From contig CAKSDP010000003.1 of NCBI GenBank assembly GCA_934446065.1, forward strand, positions 35,349 through 99,348: a DNA stretch of 64,000 nt, read 5' to 3'. The position numbers and the translations under genes are program-made. This document shows, one piece after another, positions 1 through 10,516 of the stretch. The notes beneath the pieces were generated by a model. It was not told where the DNA came from. It made no database searches and was given only the letters and a program-made list of their open reading frames with translations. This stretch comes from an uncultured Eubacteriales bacterium (GTDB lineage Bacteria; Bacillota; Clostridia; Oscillospirales; CAG-272). Within the stretch, counting starts at the first letter, position 1; every line of letters begins with the position of its first letter.

Positions 1-26
1 TCGCATCGGCGTTTGTATCATGCGGG

Positions 27-278
27 ATGATCTCCTCGATAAAGAAGGGGCTGTCCCTCTCCGGTCGCGACACTGCCGTTGTTTCGGCGGAGCGATTCAT
101 TCTGAAGGAGTATGACGGGAGGATCGGGGTTTTCGTTCCCGGCGATGACACGCCGAGCGAGATCGTACCTGTATACGTATTATATCTGCCCGAAGCCGAC
201 CGCAAGGCGCTTGCAAGCGGGATCAGTGTATCAGGCAGAAAAGCGCTGCGCGCGATGATCGACGATTTTCAGAGCTGA
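27..278 (+). CDS. small hypothetical protein, possibly 5'-truncated by the window edge (no in-frame stop upstream of ATG 27)
   Basis: ORF track 83 aa; convergent with dnaE; no recognisable motif; reading frame stays open to position 3. Confidence 0.3.
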   Translation: MISSIKKGLSLSGRDTAVVSAERFILKEYDGRIGVFVPGDDTPSEIVPVYVLYLPEADRKALASGISVSGRKALRAMIDDFQS

Positions 279-280
279 AA

Positions 281-3200
281 TTACTTCAGGACAACCGAAT
301 CGTCTCCGAGTATGCCGCGCAGGACCGACAGTGCCATCGGCGACGCGCTCGTCGCAAGTCCGGTGTTTTTCACATACGATGAGGTCACCGTATTATAGTA
401 CACGACGGGCACCGCGCCGTCGAATATCGCAAATATGCTCTCAAGCCTTCGCAAAAGCTTTTCATCGGTCATATCAAATCTGATATAGAGGCGGCGGGGT
501 TTCGGCGGGGTCTGCGGCGGTGTTTGTGTTTGCGGAGGTGCCGGTGCTTTGCGGGGAGTTTCCCGTCTTTCGGGGACCGGAACGGATACGGCTTTTCTTA
601 TATGCTCGTTATCAATGAGTACAAAAAGCTCGTTGCAGATCAGTCGCGGGGCATCATCGTCCTTTGCGGAAAGCGTTCCGCTGACGCAGATGGGAGAATC
701 GGTATTGATGAGGTAGCCGACGTGCTCGAAAGCGTTCGGGAATATGATGACCTCGATCTCGCCCGAACCGTCCTCAAGGGTGACGAACGCCATCTTTCCG
801 CCCTTGCGTGTATCCTTGATCGTTCTGCGGGTAACTGAGCCGCAGATAACAAACACAGATGCCGCGGCGTCTCCGCGATCGAACGATTCGCGAAGCGACG
901 ATATTTTCACGGGGGAGATGAGCGCGGTATGCTCGCTGTAATCGTCGAGAATATGGCCGGAGGCGAACACGCCGAGATACTCCTTTTCAAGGAACAGCTT
1001 GTCCCGCACGCTCATCTCCGGGATCTGCGGAAGCTCAAGATGCGGCATCATGCTCTGCTCCGTTATTCCGTCGAACATACCGAGCTGACCCGTATCCTCG
1101 TGCTTTGCGGAAAGCTCTATCGCGGTGTCGAGCGTTGCCGCCATACGGCTGCGGTACTCGCCGAGGCTGTCGAGTGCGCCCGATTTTACAAGGGCTTCAA
1201 GCTGACGCCGATTCAGAGAATGATCTGCGGCACGCGTCAGAAAATCGACATAGCTCGTGTACTCTCCACGGCTCTCGCGTTCGGCTATGAGTACGCGGGC
1301 GTAGCTGTCTCCGACATTGCGCACGGCGGAGAGCGGGAATCTCACCGAATTATTCTCTGCGTGAAACTCCGTATAGCTGCGGTTTATATCGGGCGGAAGC
1401 ACGGCGATGCCCTGCTTTGCATACTCGCTTATATACTCCGATATTTTCGCGGGATTGCCGATAACGGAGGTAAGCAGTGCGCAGAAATACTCAAGCGGAT
1501 ATCTGCATTTGAGGTACGCCGTTCTGTACGACAGCACGGCATATGCTGCGGCGTGGCTCTTATTGAATGCATAGCTTGAGAAGCCGACGATATCGTCGAA
1601 GAGGCGTGCGACCTCGTTTGCGTCAAGCCCTCGCTCGGCTGCGCCCGCGTAAAAATGCTCGCGTTCCCGCTCAAGCTCGTCGAGATGCTTTTTCGCGATC
1701 GCGCGGCGGACTATATCCGCCTGTCCGTATGAATATCCCGCTACCGTGCGGAATATCTGCATGACCTGCTCCTGATAGACGATACAGCCATACGTATCGG
1801 CAAGGATCTCGGCTACGCCGGGGATATTATATCCGCCGCCCGCTCCGCCGTTCCGGTTCTCGATATAGTGAGGGATAAAATCCATGGGGCCGGGGCGGTA
1901 CAGGGCAATTGCGGCGATTATCTCCTCGAAGCGGTTCGGTTTCAGCTGCTGGAGCATCTGCTTCATACCGCTGCTCTCAAGCTGAAACACACCGTCAGTC
2001 TTTCCGCGCGATATCATACGGTACACGTCCGGATCGTCGTCCGGCACGCGGTCTATACGAAAATCAGGCACGCTCTCGCGTATCTGCCGCTCTGCGGCGT
2101 CGATGATCGTAAGATAGCGGAGTGCGAGAAAATCGAATTTCAGGAGTCCGAGCTCGGCGACGCCCTCCATGGTATACTGCGTGACGATGACCCCGCCGTT
2201 GTCGCTTACGGGGACGTAGTGTGTCACCGGCTCCTTGGTTATAACGACGCCGGCGGCGTGGGTCGAGGCATGGCGCGGCATTCCCTCAAGCGCACGTGAT
2301 ATATCGATAAGTCGGCGCACGGCGGCATCGGATTCGTAAAGCTCGCGCAGTTCGCGGCTGCGCATTGCGTCGTCAAGCGTAATGCCGAGGTCGCGCGGGA
2401 TAAGCTTTGCCACGCGGTCGCACTCGGAATAGCTCATTCCGAGCGCGCGTCCGGCGTCACGTATGACGGCTCTTGCCGCCATTGTACCGAACGTGATTAT
2501 CTGAGCGACGCGGTCATGCCCGTACTTTTCGCGCACATACTCGATGACCTCATCGCGGCGGTTATAGCAGAAATCAATATCGAAATCGGGCATACTGACG
2601 CGCTCGGGATTGAGAAAGCGCTCAAACAGCAGATCATATTTTATGGGGTCGATATCGGTGATCCCGCAGAGGAAGGCGACAAGGCTTCCGGCGCCCGAGC
2701 CTCTGCCGGGGCCCACGGGGATTCCATGGCTTTTGGCGTAATTCACGAAATCCCATACGATGAGGAAATACTCGGAATACCCCATTTGCGAAATGACGGA
2801 CAGCTCGTAGTCCATGCGCTCCCGATAGACCGCGATATCAGCCGAGAGAGCGAACGCGCCGTCGCCGAATCGCGAGGACATCCCGCACTCGGCAAGCTCC
2901 CGCAGGTACGAGTCACCGGTAACTCCGCTCGGCAGATCGTATGACGGCAGGAGCGTTTTTCCCGTTTCAAAATCGAAATTGCACATCTCGGCGATGCGCA
3001 CCGTATTCTCTATCGCGCCCTCGTACTCGCCGAAGAGCGCTGCCATCTCATCGCCGGATTTGAAATAGAACTCGTTTGTTTCAAATCCGATCGGTCTGCC
3101 GTCGGTAATAGTGCTGTTCGTCTGTATGCACATAAGGATCGCCTGACTCTCGGCATCGGTCTTACGCAGATAATGGACGTCGTTCGTCGCCGCCATCGGA

Positions 3201-3796
3201 ATACGGCACTCGCGTGCAAGGCGGACGAGCTCGGGAAGGATACGCGCCTGCTCGGCGATCCCGTGATCCTGAAGCTCAATATAGTAATTGCCCTCGCCGA
3301 AGATCTCCTTCATCTGCATGGCATGGCGGCACGCGTCGTCAAAATCGCCTGCGGCAAGTGCGCGCGGGATATATCCGGCGAGGCACGCGGAAAGCGCACA
3401 AAGCCCCTCAGAGTGTTCTCTGAGAAGCTCCATATCTATTCTCGGCTTTGAATAGAATCCCTCGATAAACGCGCGGGACACCATATATATCAGGTTTTCG
3501 TACCCTTTTTTATTTTTGACGAGCAGGATCAGGTGATAGCTTTTGGAATCGACGCCGTGCTCCTTGTCCGTCATCCTGCGAGGAGCGACATAGACCTCAC
3601 ATCCGATTATCGGCTTGACTCCGCACTTTTTACACTCGTCGTAGAATTTCAGTGCGCCGTACATAACACCGTGATCCGTTATCGCAACGGCGCTCATCCC
3701 CTGCTCCTTTGCCATTTTCGGAATATCGGAGATACGGCACGCTCCGTCAAGCAGGCTGTACTCGCTGTGCAGGTGCAGATGAACAAAATCAGTCAT
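281..3796 (-). CDS. dnaE: DNA polymerase III alpha subunit (DnaE-type)
   Basis: 1171 aa; N-terminal PHP domain motif HLHxHSEYSLLDG, ITDHGVMYG; overall length and architecture typical of DnaE. Confidence 0.93.
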   Translation of the reverse strand: MTDFVHLHLHSEYSLLDGACRISDIPKMAKEQGMSAVAITDHGVMYGALKFYDECKKCGVKPIIGCEVYVAPRRMTDKEHGVDSKSYHLILLVKNKKGYENLIYMVSRAFIEGFYSKPRIDMELLREHSEGLCALSACLAGYIPRALAAGDFDDACRHAMQMKEIFGEGNYYIELQDHGIAEQARILPELVRLARECRIPMAATNDVHYLRKTDAESQAILMCIQTNSTITDGRPIGFETNEFYFKSGDEMAALFGEYEGAIENTVRIAEMCNFDFETGKTLLPSYDLPSGVTGDSYLRELAECGMSSRFGDGAFALSADIAVYRERMDYELSVISQMGYSEYFLIVWDFVNYAKSHGIPVGPGRGSGAGSLVAFLCGITDIDPIKYDLLFERFLNPERVSMPDFDIDFCYNRRDEVIEYVREKYGHDRVAQIITFGTMAARAVIRDAGRALGMSYSECDRVAKLIPRDLGITLDDAMRSRELRELYESDAAVRRLIDISRALEGMPRHASTHAAGVVITKEPVTHYVPVSDNGGVIVTQYTMEGVAELGLLKFDFLALRYLTIIDAAERQIRESVPDFRIDRVPDDDPDVYRMISRGKTDGVFQLESSGMKQMLQQLKPNRFEEIIAAIALYRPGPMDFIPHYIENRNGGAGGGYNIPGVAEILADTYGCIVYQEQVMQIFRTVAGYSYGQADIVRRAIAKKHLDELEREREHFYAGAAERGLDANEVARLFDDIVGFSSYAFNKSHAAAYAVLSYRTAYLKCRYPLEYFCALLTSVIGNPAKISEYISEYAKQGIAVLPPDINRSYTEFHAENNSVRFPLSAVRNVGDSYARVLIAERESRGEYTSYVDFLTRAADHSLNRRQLEALVKSGALDSLGEYRSRMAATLDTAIELSAKHEDTGQLGMFDGITEQSMMPHLELPQIPEMSVRDKLFLEKEYLGVFASGHILDDYSEHTALISPVKISSLRESFDRGDAAASVFVICGSVTRRTIKDTRKGGKMAFVTLEDGSGEIEVIIFPNAFEHVGYLINTDSPICVSGTLSAKDDDAPRLICNELFVLIDNEHIRKAVSVPVPERRETPRKAPAPPQTQTPPQTPPKPRRLYIRFDMTDEKLLRRLESIFAIFDGAVPVVYYNTVTSSYVKNTGLATSASPMALSVLRGILGDDSVVLK

Positions 3797-3812
3797 ATAC
3801 GGCTCCTTTCCG

Positions 3813-4541
3813 TCAGGTGGTCTCTGACAGCTTTGATCTGTAAAAATCCGCTATTTTATCAAGTCTGTGCTTGACGCCGGATTTCGAGATCGGCGGGACG
3901 AATCTGCGCCCAAGCTCCGACATGGAATCATCGGGGTACTTGACACGGAGATTTGCGGTTTTCTTGAGGTCGCCCGTCAGCAGATCGAAAAATCCGCGCT
4001 CTTTCAACTCGTCGATTATGCGTATCTGCTCCTCGGACGCGCTCAGTATCTTCGCGATGTTCGCCGAATCGCAGTTGACCTGACGGTTCGTGTTCTCGCG
4101 CATTTCTCGCATGATCTTGGAGTCCATGACGCGGAACGATGCGGTTGCGGCACCGATATATCCGAGGAGATCCTCGATGGCGGTACTGCTCTTGAAATAG
4201 AGTATCTCCCGTCCCGATCTTTCGGTCGATCCCGCCTCAAATCCGGCAGCGGCAAGGACCTCTTTCGCGGCATTCGCCGACTGCTTGTCCGGGAACGCGA
4301 AATCGAGGTGATACCCCTTTGCGGGGTCAGTCACGCTGCCTGCGGCGACAAACAATCCTGCAACAAAATACGACAGGCAATCGCGGCACACAAGCCCGTT
4401 ATACCCGCGCATGATGCTTTTTGCGGGGTCGTCTCCGTCGAAGATCGTTTCTCCGTCTGATAAGGCGTGCGCACAGCATTTTTTTCTTATCTTCTGCGAG
4501 GTGATATGCTCCTTCACCTCGGCGGAAAAGCTCTTGTTCAT
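3813..4541 (-). CDS. whiA: DNA-binding sporulation/cell-division regulator WhiA
   Basis: 242 aa; LAGLIDADG-like core plus C-terminal HTH (ELGRRFVPPISKSGVKHRL), typical WhiA/YvcL. Confidence 0.8.
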   Translation of the reverse strand: MNKSFSAEVKEHITSQKIRKKCCAHALSDGETIFDGDDPAKSIMRGYNGLVCRDCLSYFVAGLFVAAGSVTDPAKGYHLDFAFPDKQSANAAKEVLAAAGFEAGSTERSGREILYFKSSTAIEDLLGYIGAATASFRVMDSKIMREMRENTNRQVNCDSANIAKILSASEEQIRIIDELKERGFFDLLTGDLKKTANLRVKYPDDSMSELGRRFVPPISKSGVKHRLDKIADFYRSKLSETT

Positions 4542-4544
4542 CGC

Positions 4545-5453
4545 TTACTCCACGAAAATTATCTCGTTTTCTATATTGACGCCGAACTTCTCAAAAAGTA
4601 CCGACCTGATGTGATCCGACAGTGCACGCACATCGGCGGCGGTAGCTCCGCCCGTGTTCACAATGAATCCGGCGTGCTTCGGCGACACCTGAGCGCCGCC
4701 GACCGCATATCCCTTGAGTCCCGCTTCGTCTATCATTGCGGCGGTATATCTTCCGGGGACACGCTTGAACGCGCTTCCGGCACTCGGATACTCGAGAGGC
4801 TGCTTCTCACGACGCCTTGACATGAAATCGTCCATTTTGGCGCGGATGGATTCCGCATCTCCCATGTCGAGCGTGAATTTCGCCGAAACGATCAGCCGTT
4901 CCGGGTGAAATCTGTACACGCTCGTTCGATATCCGAAATCGTGGCACTCGAGCGGGATCGTTCGGCACTCGCCCGACTCCGTATCGTAATACGTACTCTC
5001 GGCGAGGACACCCGCGATCTCTCCGTCGTATGCGCCTGCGTTCATATAGATCGCGCCGCCGACACTGCCCGGGATACCGTAGGCAAACTCAAGCCCGGTA
5101 AGACCGCGGCGCATTGCGGCTACGGCAAGCTCAGTAAGGCTCACGCCCGCCGAAGCTGTGACGGATGTATTGTCAAACACTGTATCGGACATTGCGGTGG
5201 TGGTGATGACCGCTCCGGCAAATCCCTCGTCGGGATAGACGAGGTTTGACGATCTGCCGCACACAAACGCTCTGATGCCGAGCTTATTTGCGAGGTTCAC
5301 GGACTCCTCAAGCTCGCGGGCGCACGACGGCATGACGAAAAATCTCGCGCTGCCGCCGATTCTGAATGTTGAATGAGCTGACATCGGCTCGTTCTCGAGA
5401 TATTTCACCCCACGCCGCGTCAGCTCTGCGGCATATCCGCAAAAATCAGGCAT
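4545..5453 (-). CDS. murB: UDP-N-acetylenolpyruvoylglucosamine reductase MurB (start likely at MPDF, not the longer ORF-track start)
   Basis: FAD-binding MurB motifs: STFRIGG, GIPGSVGGAIYMNAGAYDGE, PSAGSAFK. Confidence 0.88.
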   Translation of the reverse strand: MPDFCGYAAELTRRGVKYLENEPMSAHSTFRIGGSARFFVMPSCARELEESVNLANKLGIRAFVCGRSSNLVYPDEGFAGAVITTTAMSDTVFDNTSVTASAGVSLTELAVAAMRRGLTGLEFAYGIPGSVGGAIYMNAGAYDGEIAGVLAESTYYDTESGECRTIPLECHDFGYRTSVYRFHPERLIVSAKFTLDMGDAESIRAKMDDFMSRRREKQPLEYPSAGSAFKRVPGRYTAAMIDEAGLKGYAVGGAQVSPKHAGFIVNTGGATAADVRALSDHIRSVLFEKFGVNIENEIIFVE

Positions 5454-6162
5454 CACAGCACTCCTCCGCAAGAAATATATTAAGTATATCGGATATACTC
5501 TTTACAGTATATGTTGCACTGCACGGCGGATATTCGCGCCCACGTGTCACGAGGACGGAATCAAGCCCTGACGCCTCAGCTCCGCCTATATCGGAGGTCA
5601 CGGAATCGCCGACGACGACGTAGTGCGAACGGTCGCTGTCACCGACGGAGCGCAGAACAAAATCAAAAAACTCCGGCGACGGCTTATTTTTCCCGATATC
5701 CTCGGAGATAAATAGACCTGACAGGTACGGCGCGAGCGGCGAATTGTCAAGTCTGCCGTGCTGCACCGACGACGTACCGTTTGTCACAATGTACAGGCGG
5801 TACTTCTGCGCAAGCTTTTTGCAGGTTTCAAGCACACCGGGGACGAGCATTCCCTCGTGAGAAAGCGATATCATATATTCGGCGGCAAAGGAGGGGGCGT
5901 TTGTCTCAGAGAGGACGCCGCTTTCGCGGAAGACGCGTGAAAAGCGCTCGATTTTAAGCTTTTCGCGCGTGGTCTCGCCGCGCTCGAGAGCCTTCCACAG
6001 CTCGTCATTTACGCGATGATACAGCGAGTACAGGGCACAAGGCTCGTAATCGCCCTCGGGCGAGAAGCGGGCAAGCGTATGGAAAAACGCAGCCCGCTCA
6101 GCCGCCGCGAAGTCAAGGAGAGTATCGTCCGCGTCGAGGAGAATGTATTTATAATTCATCAT
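5446..6162 (-). CDS. HAD-superfamily hydrolase (YjjG-like 5'-nucleotidase family)
   Basis: Motif I LLDADDTLLDF at N-terminus; motifs VVGDS and D-S-xxD near C-terminus; 238 aa. Confidence 0.7.
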   Translation of the reverse strand: MMNYKYILLDADDTLLDFAAAERAAFFHTLARFSPEGDYEPCALYSLYHRVNDELWKALERGETTREKLKIERFSRVFRESGVLSETNAPSFAAEYMISLSHEGMLVPGVLETCKKLAQKYRLYIVTNGTSSVQHGRLDNSPLAPYLSGLFISEDIGKNKPSPEFFDFVLRSVGDSDRSHYVVVGDSVTSDIGGAEASGLDSVLVTRGREYPPCSATYTVKSISDILNIFLAEECCDA

Positions 6163-7382
6163 TTGACAAGGAAACGGCGGAAGTTCTTCTTTCCCTTACG
6201 GACGATGAGTCCGTCGGCAAAAGTTGCGATATTGACCGTCTCGTCGAAGCGCTCCGCTTTGGTCTCGCCGTAAATGACGCCGCCCTGTGCGATCAGGCGC
6301 TTTGCCTCGCCCTTGGAGGGAGCCATTTTTCCGACGACGAGCAGATCTGCGATACCGATCTTGCCGTCCGTGAAATCGGAGGCGGAAAGCTCGGTCGTGG
6401 GCATATCCTCGGACGCTCCGCCTGCCGCGAACACGGCTCTTGCCGCCTCAAGTGCGCGGTCTGCCTCGTCTTTGCCGTGGATCATCGCGGTCACCTCATA
6501 CGCAAGCTTTTCCTTTGCGCGGTTGATATCGCTTCCGTCGAGGTGCTCGTACTCGGCGATCTCCTCGAGCGGCATGAACGTCAGCATCTTCATGCAGTTG
6601 ATGACGTCGGCGTCGGCGATATTTCTCCAATACTGGAAGAACTCGTAGGGGGAGACTCTGTCCGCGTCGAGCCAGAGTGCGCCCCTCTCGGTCTTACCCA
6701 TCTTCTTGCCCTCGCTCGTGAGCAGGAGCTTGAACGTAAGTCCGTAGACATCGCGTCCGGTCTTGCGGCGGACAAGCTCGACGCCGCCGATGATGTTCGA
6801 CCACTGGTCGTCGCCGCCCATCTCGAGCGTGCAGCCGTAATCCTGATTCAGGCGGTAGAAGTCGTAGCTCTGCATGGTCATATAGTTGAACTCGAGGAAG
6901 GTGAGTCCGGAATCAAGGCGCGACTTATAGCACTCCGCGCCAAGCATTCTGTTGACGGTGAAATGCGGGCCTACCTCGCGGATATAATCAATATAATTCA
7001 TTCCGAGAAGCCAGTCGCCGTTGTTGACGAACAGAGCCTTTCCGTCGGAGGTGTCGATGAATCTGCCCATCTGAGCCTTGAGGTGCTCGATGTTGTTCGC
7101 GATCTCCTCCTTGGTCATCATACGGCGCATATCGTTCTTACCCGAGGGGTCGCCGATCATGGCGGTACCGCCGCCGAAGACCGCGATCGGTCTGTGGCCG
7201 GCTCTCTGCATATGTGCCATTATCTTCATCTGGATAAAGTGACCGATGTGGAGGCTGTCCGCCGTGGGGTCAAAACCGATATAGAACGTGGTTCCCTTGC
7301 CGTCGAGCAGCTTCTCGACCGCCTCCTCGTTCGTGCACTGCGCGATCATTCCTCTGTCTTTGAATTCCTTAAACAAGCTCAT
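6159..7382 (-). CDS. tyrS: tyrosine--tRNA ligase
   Basis: Class I HIGH (SLHIGHF) and KMSKS (KMGKT) motifs; C-terminal S4-like domain; 407 aa. Confidence 0.9.
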   Translation of the reverse strand: MSLFKEFKDRGMIAQCTNEEAVEKLLDGKGTTFYIGFDPTADSLHIGHFIQMKIMAHMQRAGHRPIAVFGGGTAMIGDPSGKNDMRRMMTKEEIANNIEHLKAQMGRFIDTSDGKALFVNNGDWLLGMNYIDYIREVGPHFTVNRMLGAECYKSRLDSGLTFLEFNYMTMQSYDFYRLNQDYGCTLEMGGDDQWSNIIGGVELVRRKTGRDVYGLTFKLLLTSEGKKMGKTERGALWLDADRVSPYEFFQYWRNIADADVINCMKMLTFMPLEEIAEYEHLDGSDINRAKEKLAYEVTAMIHGKDEADRALEAARAVFAAGGASEDMPTTELSASDFTDGKIGIADLLVVGKMAPSKGEAKRLIAQGGVIYGETKAERFDETVNIATFADGLIVRKGKKNFRRFLVK

Positions 7383-7430
7383 TTTTTCACTTGGGGCATA
7401 CGCCCGCCTTTCCTTGTATTGTATATAGAT

Positions 7431-9119
7431 TTAATTTTTTGTGTTTTTCATGCCGTCGAGCATTTCCGCTGCGGCGGCTCTTTGCGCATCCGTTATATCG
7501 ACGCCGCCGATTATGCGGGATATTTCCCTGACGCGGCCGTCGCGGTCAAGCTCCTCGACGGTGCTTTCGGCTCTGCCCGAGACCTCGGTCTTGCGTATGA
7601 ACATATGATGATCGGCGAGGGATGCGATCTGCGGCGAATGTGTGACGCAGAGCACCTGTGCGCCGTCCGCGAGAGAGCGCAGCATACGCCCCATCTTCTC
7701 GGACGTACCGCCGGAAACTCCGGCGTCGATCTCATCAAATATATACGTATCTGCGGGATGCTTCTCGGCAAGAGCGCATTTCAGCGACAGCATGGCGCGC
7801 GCCATCTCGCCGCCCGAGGCACAGCGTCCCAGCTCTGCCGGAGGCTCGCCGGGGTTTGCAGATATCATAAACGTGACGTCGTCGCGGCCCGAAGCCGAAA
7901 ATCCGTCATGCTCGCCTGCGGCGGGGACTATTCTCACAAGGAACCGCACCTTAGGCATATCAAGCTCGGTCATATACGCGCACACCTTTGCCGACAACTC
8001 ATCTGCGGCGGCGCGGCGGCGCGCGGTAAGCGTATCCGCGATCTTCATTGCAGCCGCCCTCAGCTTCTCATAATCACGTTCAAGCTCATCTATAACGAGG
8101 TCGCTCGATTCGAGTCCGTCGAGGCGGGCTGCTGCGTCGGCTCTGAATTTCTTTATCTCGGCGATCGTTGCGCCGTACTTATTCTTCAGCCGATCGATCT
8201 GCCTCAGTCTCATTTCGGCGGCGTTTATCGTCCGCTCCGGATCGTCGTCCGTATCTATCACCGCTGCGGCGTCCTCAGCCATACCGATAAGCTCATACTT
8301 CATATTTTCAAGCCTTTCGGCGTACTCGTCCGCCTTATCCATCACGTCGCTCATCTGCCTGAAAGCGGCGGCGGCTCTGTCGATAAGGTACGGAGCCGAG
8401 CCTTTTTCAGAATCGGACAGCGCACGCGTTATCAGCGTGACGTGACGCGCAAGCTTGTCGGCGGCTCGCGCCTTTATGAGGATGCGCTCGAGCTTCTCGC
8501 ACTCGGCGTCATCCGAAAGCTTGGCTTTGTCGATCTCCTTTATCTGATACGACAGGATGTCGCTCATCATCGCTTTTTCCTTGATGCTCTCGCGGAAGCG
8601 TGCAAGCTCCGTCCTGTTGTCGAGCAGCTTGCGATAGAGTACGGAATACTCGTCCACGAGCGCTTCTGTCTCAGCATACTCGTCGAGCAGGCGCAGGTGG
8701 ACGGATCGGTCGGACAGGGCGCGGCTGTCGCTCTGCCCCGATATTCCGAGAAGAAAATCCGTCATCTCGCGCAGCGCCGCGATCGGCACGCTCTCGCCGT
8801 TGACCTTGGCGCTGCTCCTGCCGTCCGACGTAAAGCGGCGCACGATCTCGATCTCGCCGTTCTCGTCGGCTGCAAGCGACAGTCTCTCGGGCAGCGATTT
8901 TTTGTCCGCAACATCGAATATTGCACGCACGCTTGCAACCGTTTCGCCGCTACGCACCATATCCTTGGATGCTCTTGCACCGGCGATAAGCTCGAGGCTG
9001 TCGATAAGTATTGATTTTCCGGCGCCGGTCTCACCGGTCATGACGGTGAAGCCGTCGGAAAACTCAATATTCACAGACTTCGCAACCGCGATATTCTGTA
9101 TTGAAAGTGCGCGAAGCAC
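7431..9119 (-). CDS. recN: DNA repair protein RecN
   Basis: SMC-like ATPase: Walker A GETGAGKS at N-term, long coiled coil, signature/Walker B near C-term; 562 aa; conserved position after argR. Confidence 0.9.
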   Translation of the reverse strand: MLRALSIQNIAVAKSVNIEFSDGFTVMTGETGAGKSILIDSLELIAGARASKDMVRSGETVASVRAIFDVADKKSLPERLSLAADENGEIEIVRRFTSDGRSSAKVNGESVPIAALREMTDFLLGISGQSDSRALSDRSVHLRLLDEYAETEALVDEYSVLYRKLLDNRTELARFRESIKEKAMMSDILSYQIKEIDKAKLSDDAECEKLERILIKARAADKLARHVTLITRALSDSEKGSAPYLIDRAAAAFRQMSDVMDKADEYAERLENMKYELIGMAEDAAAVIDTDDDPERTINAAEMRLRQIDRLKNKYGATIAEIKKFRADAAARLDGLESSDLVIDELERDYEKLRAAAMKIADTLTARRRAAADELSAKVCAYMTELDMPKVRFLVRIVPAAGEHDGFSASGRDDVTFMISANPGEPPAELGRCASGGEMARAMLSLKCALAEKHPADTYIFDEIDAGVSGGTSEKMGRMLRSLADGAQVLCVTHSPQIASLADHHMFIRKTEVSGRAESTVEELDRDGRVREISRIIGGVDITDAQRAAAAEMLDGMKNTKN

Positions 9120-9135
9120 ACTATCACCTCCGGAT

Positions 9136-9588
9136 TCAGATTCCGGCAGACTTCTCCATCTGCCGCGAGAAATTTTTCGCCGCTTCCTCGCTCTTCGTGA
9201 CGACGATTATCGTATCGTCGCCCGCGACGCAGCCGAGCACCTCGTCCGATTTCTGCGAATCGACACCTGCCGCTACGGCGTTGGCAAGTCCGGGATACGT
9301 TTTGAGGACGACGATATTTCCGGCGCACGCCGCGCTCTTCAGCGAATGGGATATCGTGACGCCGTATACGGCGGTGCCGTCGTTTTTGCCGTCGTCCGGC
9401 AGGATGTACGTATATCTTCCGTCGGTTCCCTGCGCTTTTGTTATTTTCATTTCACGGATATCGCGCGACACAGTTGCCTGCGTCACATCGTATCCGGCGT
9501 CGCGGAGATGGCTTATAAGCTCATCCTGCGTTTCCACGCCGACATTCTTTATGATATCCGTTATTTTTTGCTGCCTCTTTGACTTCAT
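9136..9588 (-). CDS. argR: arginine repressor ArgR/AhrC
   Basis: 150 aa; N-terminal winged HTH (QDELISHLRDAGYDVTQATVSRDIREM) and C-terminal oligomerisation domain (GDDTIIVV). Confidence 0.85.
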   Translation of the reverse strand: MKSKRQQKITDIIKNVGVETQDELISHLRDAGYDVTQATVSRDIREMKITKAQGTDGRYTYILPDDGKNDGTAVYGVTISHSLKSAACAGNIVVLKTYPGLANAVAAGVDSQKSDEVLGCVAGDDTIIVVTKSEEAAKNFSRQMEKSAGI

Positions 9589-9622
9589 TTACCGAATCCC
9601 CTTCATCTGATCTGAAAATCCG

Positions 9623-10516
9623 TTAATTTGACTTTGACGCCGATGCTCTGTACTTCGACATTTTACGGCTGAGGATATCGAGGAATCCCTGATCCTTTAC
9701 CCGCACGAGCTTTGCACGCACAGGGGATTTTTCGATTATCACGCGGTCGCATTCGTTTATGTGAAACGTTTCGTCGCCGTCGAGCGTCAGAAAGACGCTG
9801 TTCTCGCGGCAGCTTGCCGATCGGAACTCGAGCACGGAATTTCCGCTGTACAGCACGGGGCGCTGCTGCAGCGAATGCGGGCAGATCGGAGTCGATATGA
9901 TAATATCGAGTGCCGGATCGGCGACGGGACCACCCGCCGACATTGAATATGCGGTAGAGCCGGTCGGGGTCGCGAGTATCATTCCGTCGGAGCGGTTTGC
10001 CTGTGCGAGCACTCCGTCACAGTACAGATCGAAGTTGAGGATACGCGGGACGGGGCCGTTTGACAGCACGGCATCGTTCAGCACCGGACGTGCGGGGCGC
10101 ACGGTTTCGTCGGGGCGCTCTATTCTCACGTCGAGCATTATCCGATCGTCGGTATGGAAATCGCCCTGCACTATGCGTCGGACAAGCTCGGTTTCCGACA
10201 CCTCAAGCTCTGCGAGGTATCCGAGATGTCCCATGTTCACACCGAGCACGGGGACGCCGAACGGCGCGAACTCGCGCGCTGCTTTGATTATCGTTCCGTC
10301 GCCGCCGAAAACGACGACAAGCTCGCTTTCGAGGTACTCCTTCTCTGGCGGAAGCACGTCCGCACGATCCACGAGCATAGACTCGTTTGCCCTCTTATCG
10401 GATGCGACAAGGCGGCACCCCATGAGACTCAGCTCGTGAAGAAACGCCGCGACCCGCAAATGCTCGTCTTCGGCAAGCGGGCGGCATCTTACAGAAACCG
10501 TTTTCAGCATCGGCAC
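9623..10516 (-). CDS. nadK: NAD(+) kinase
   Basis: GGDGT motif (VVVFGGDGTIIKAA), NE/D short motif, 297 aa; conserved tlyA-nadK-argR-recN order. Confidence 0.9.
   Translation of the reverse strand: MPMLKTVSVRCRPLAEDEHLRVAAFLHELSLMGCRLVASDKRANESMLVDRADVLPPEKEYLESELVVVFGGDGTIIKAAREFAPFGVPVLGVNMGHLGYLAELEVSETELVRRIVQGDFHTDDRIMLDVRIERPDETVRPARPVLNDAVLSNGPVPRILNFDLYCDGVLAQANRSDGMILATPTGSTAYSMSAGGPVADPALDIIISTPICPHSLQQRPVLYSGNSVLEFRSASCRENSVFLTLDGDETFHINECDRVIIEKSPVRAKLVRVKDQGFLDILSRKMSKYRASASKSN

Noticed and set aside
7383-7430. Possible T-box leader upstream of tyrS
   Set aside because: Only 48 nt separate tyrS from recN. That is far too short for a T-box riboswitch, and no specifier/T-box sequence is visible.
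6477-9014. 845-aa plus-strand ORF (and similar long ORFs 45494-47716, 15391-16533, 24111-25355, 62658-63662, 33103-34140)
   Set aside because: They lie antisense to well-supported genes (tyrS/recN, flotillin, yabQ/yabP, relA, Na/Pi transporter, mtaB). They are low-complexity, Arg/Ala/Gly-rich translations typical of stop-codon-poor antisense frames in GC-rich DNA, and have no motifs.
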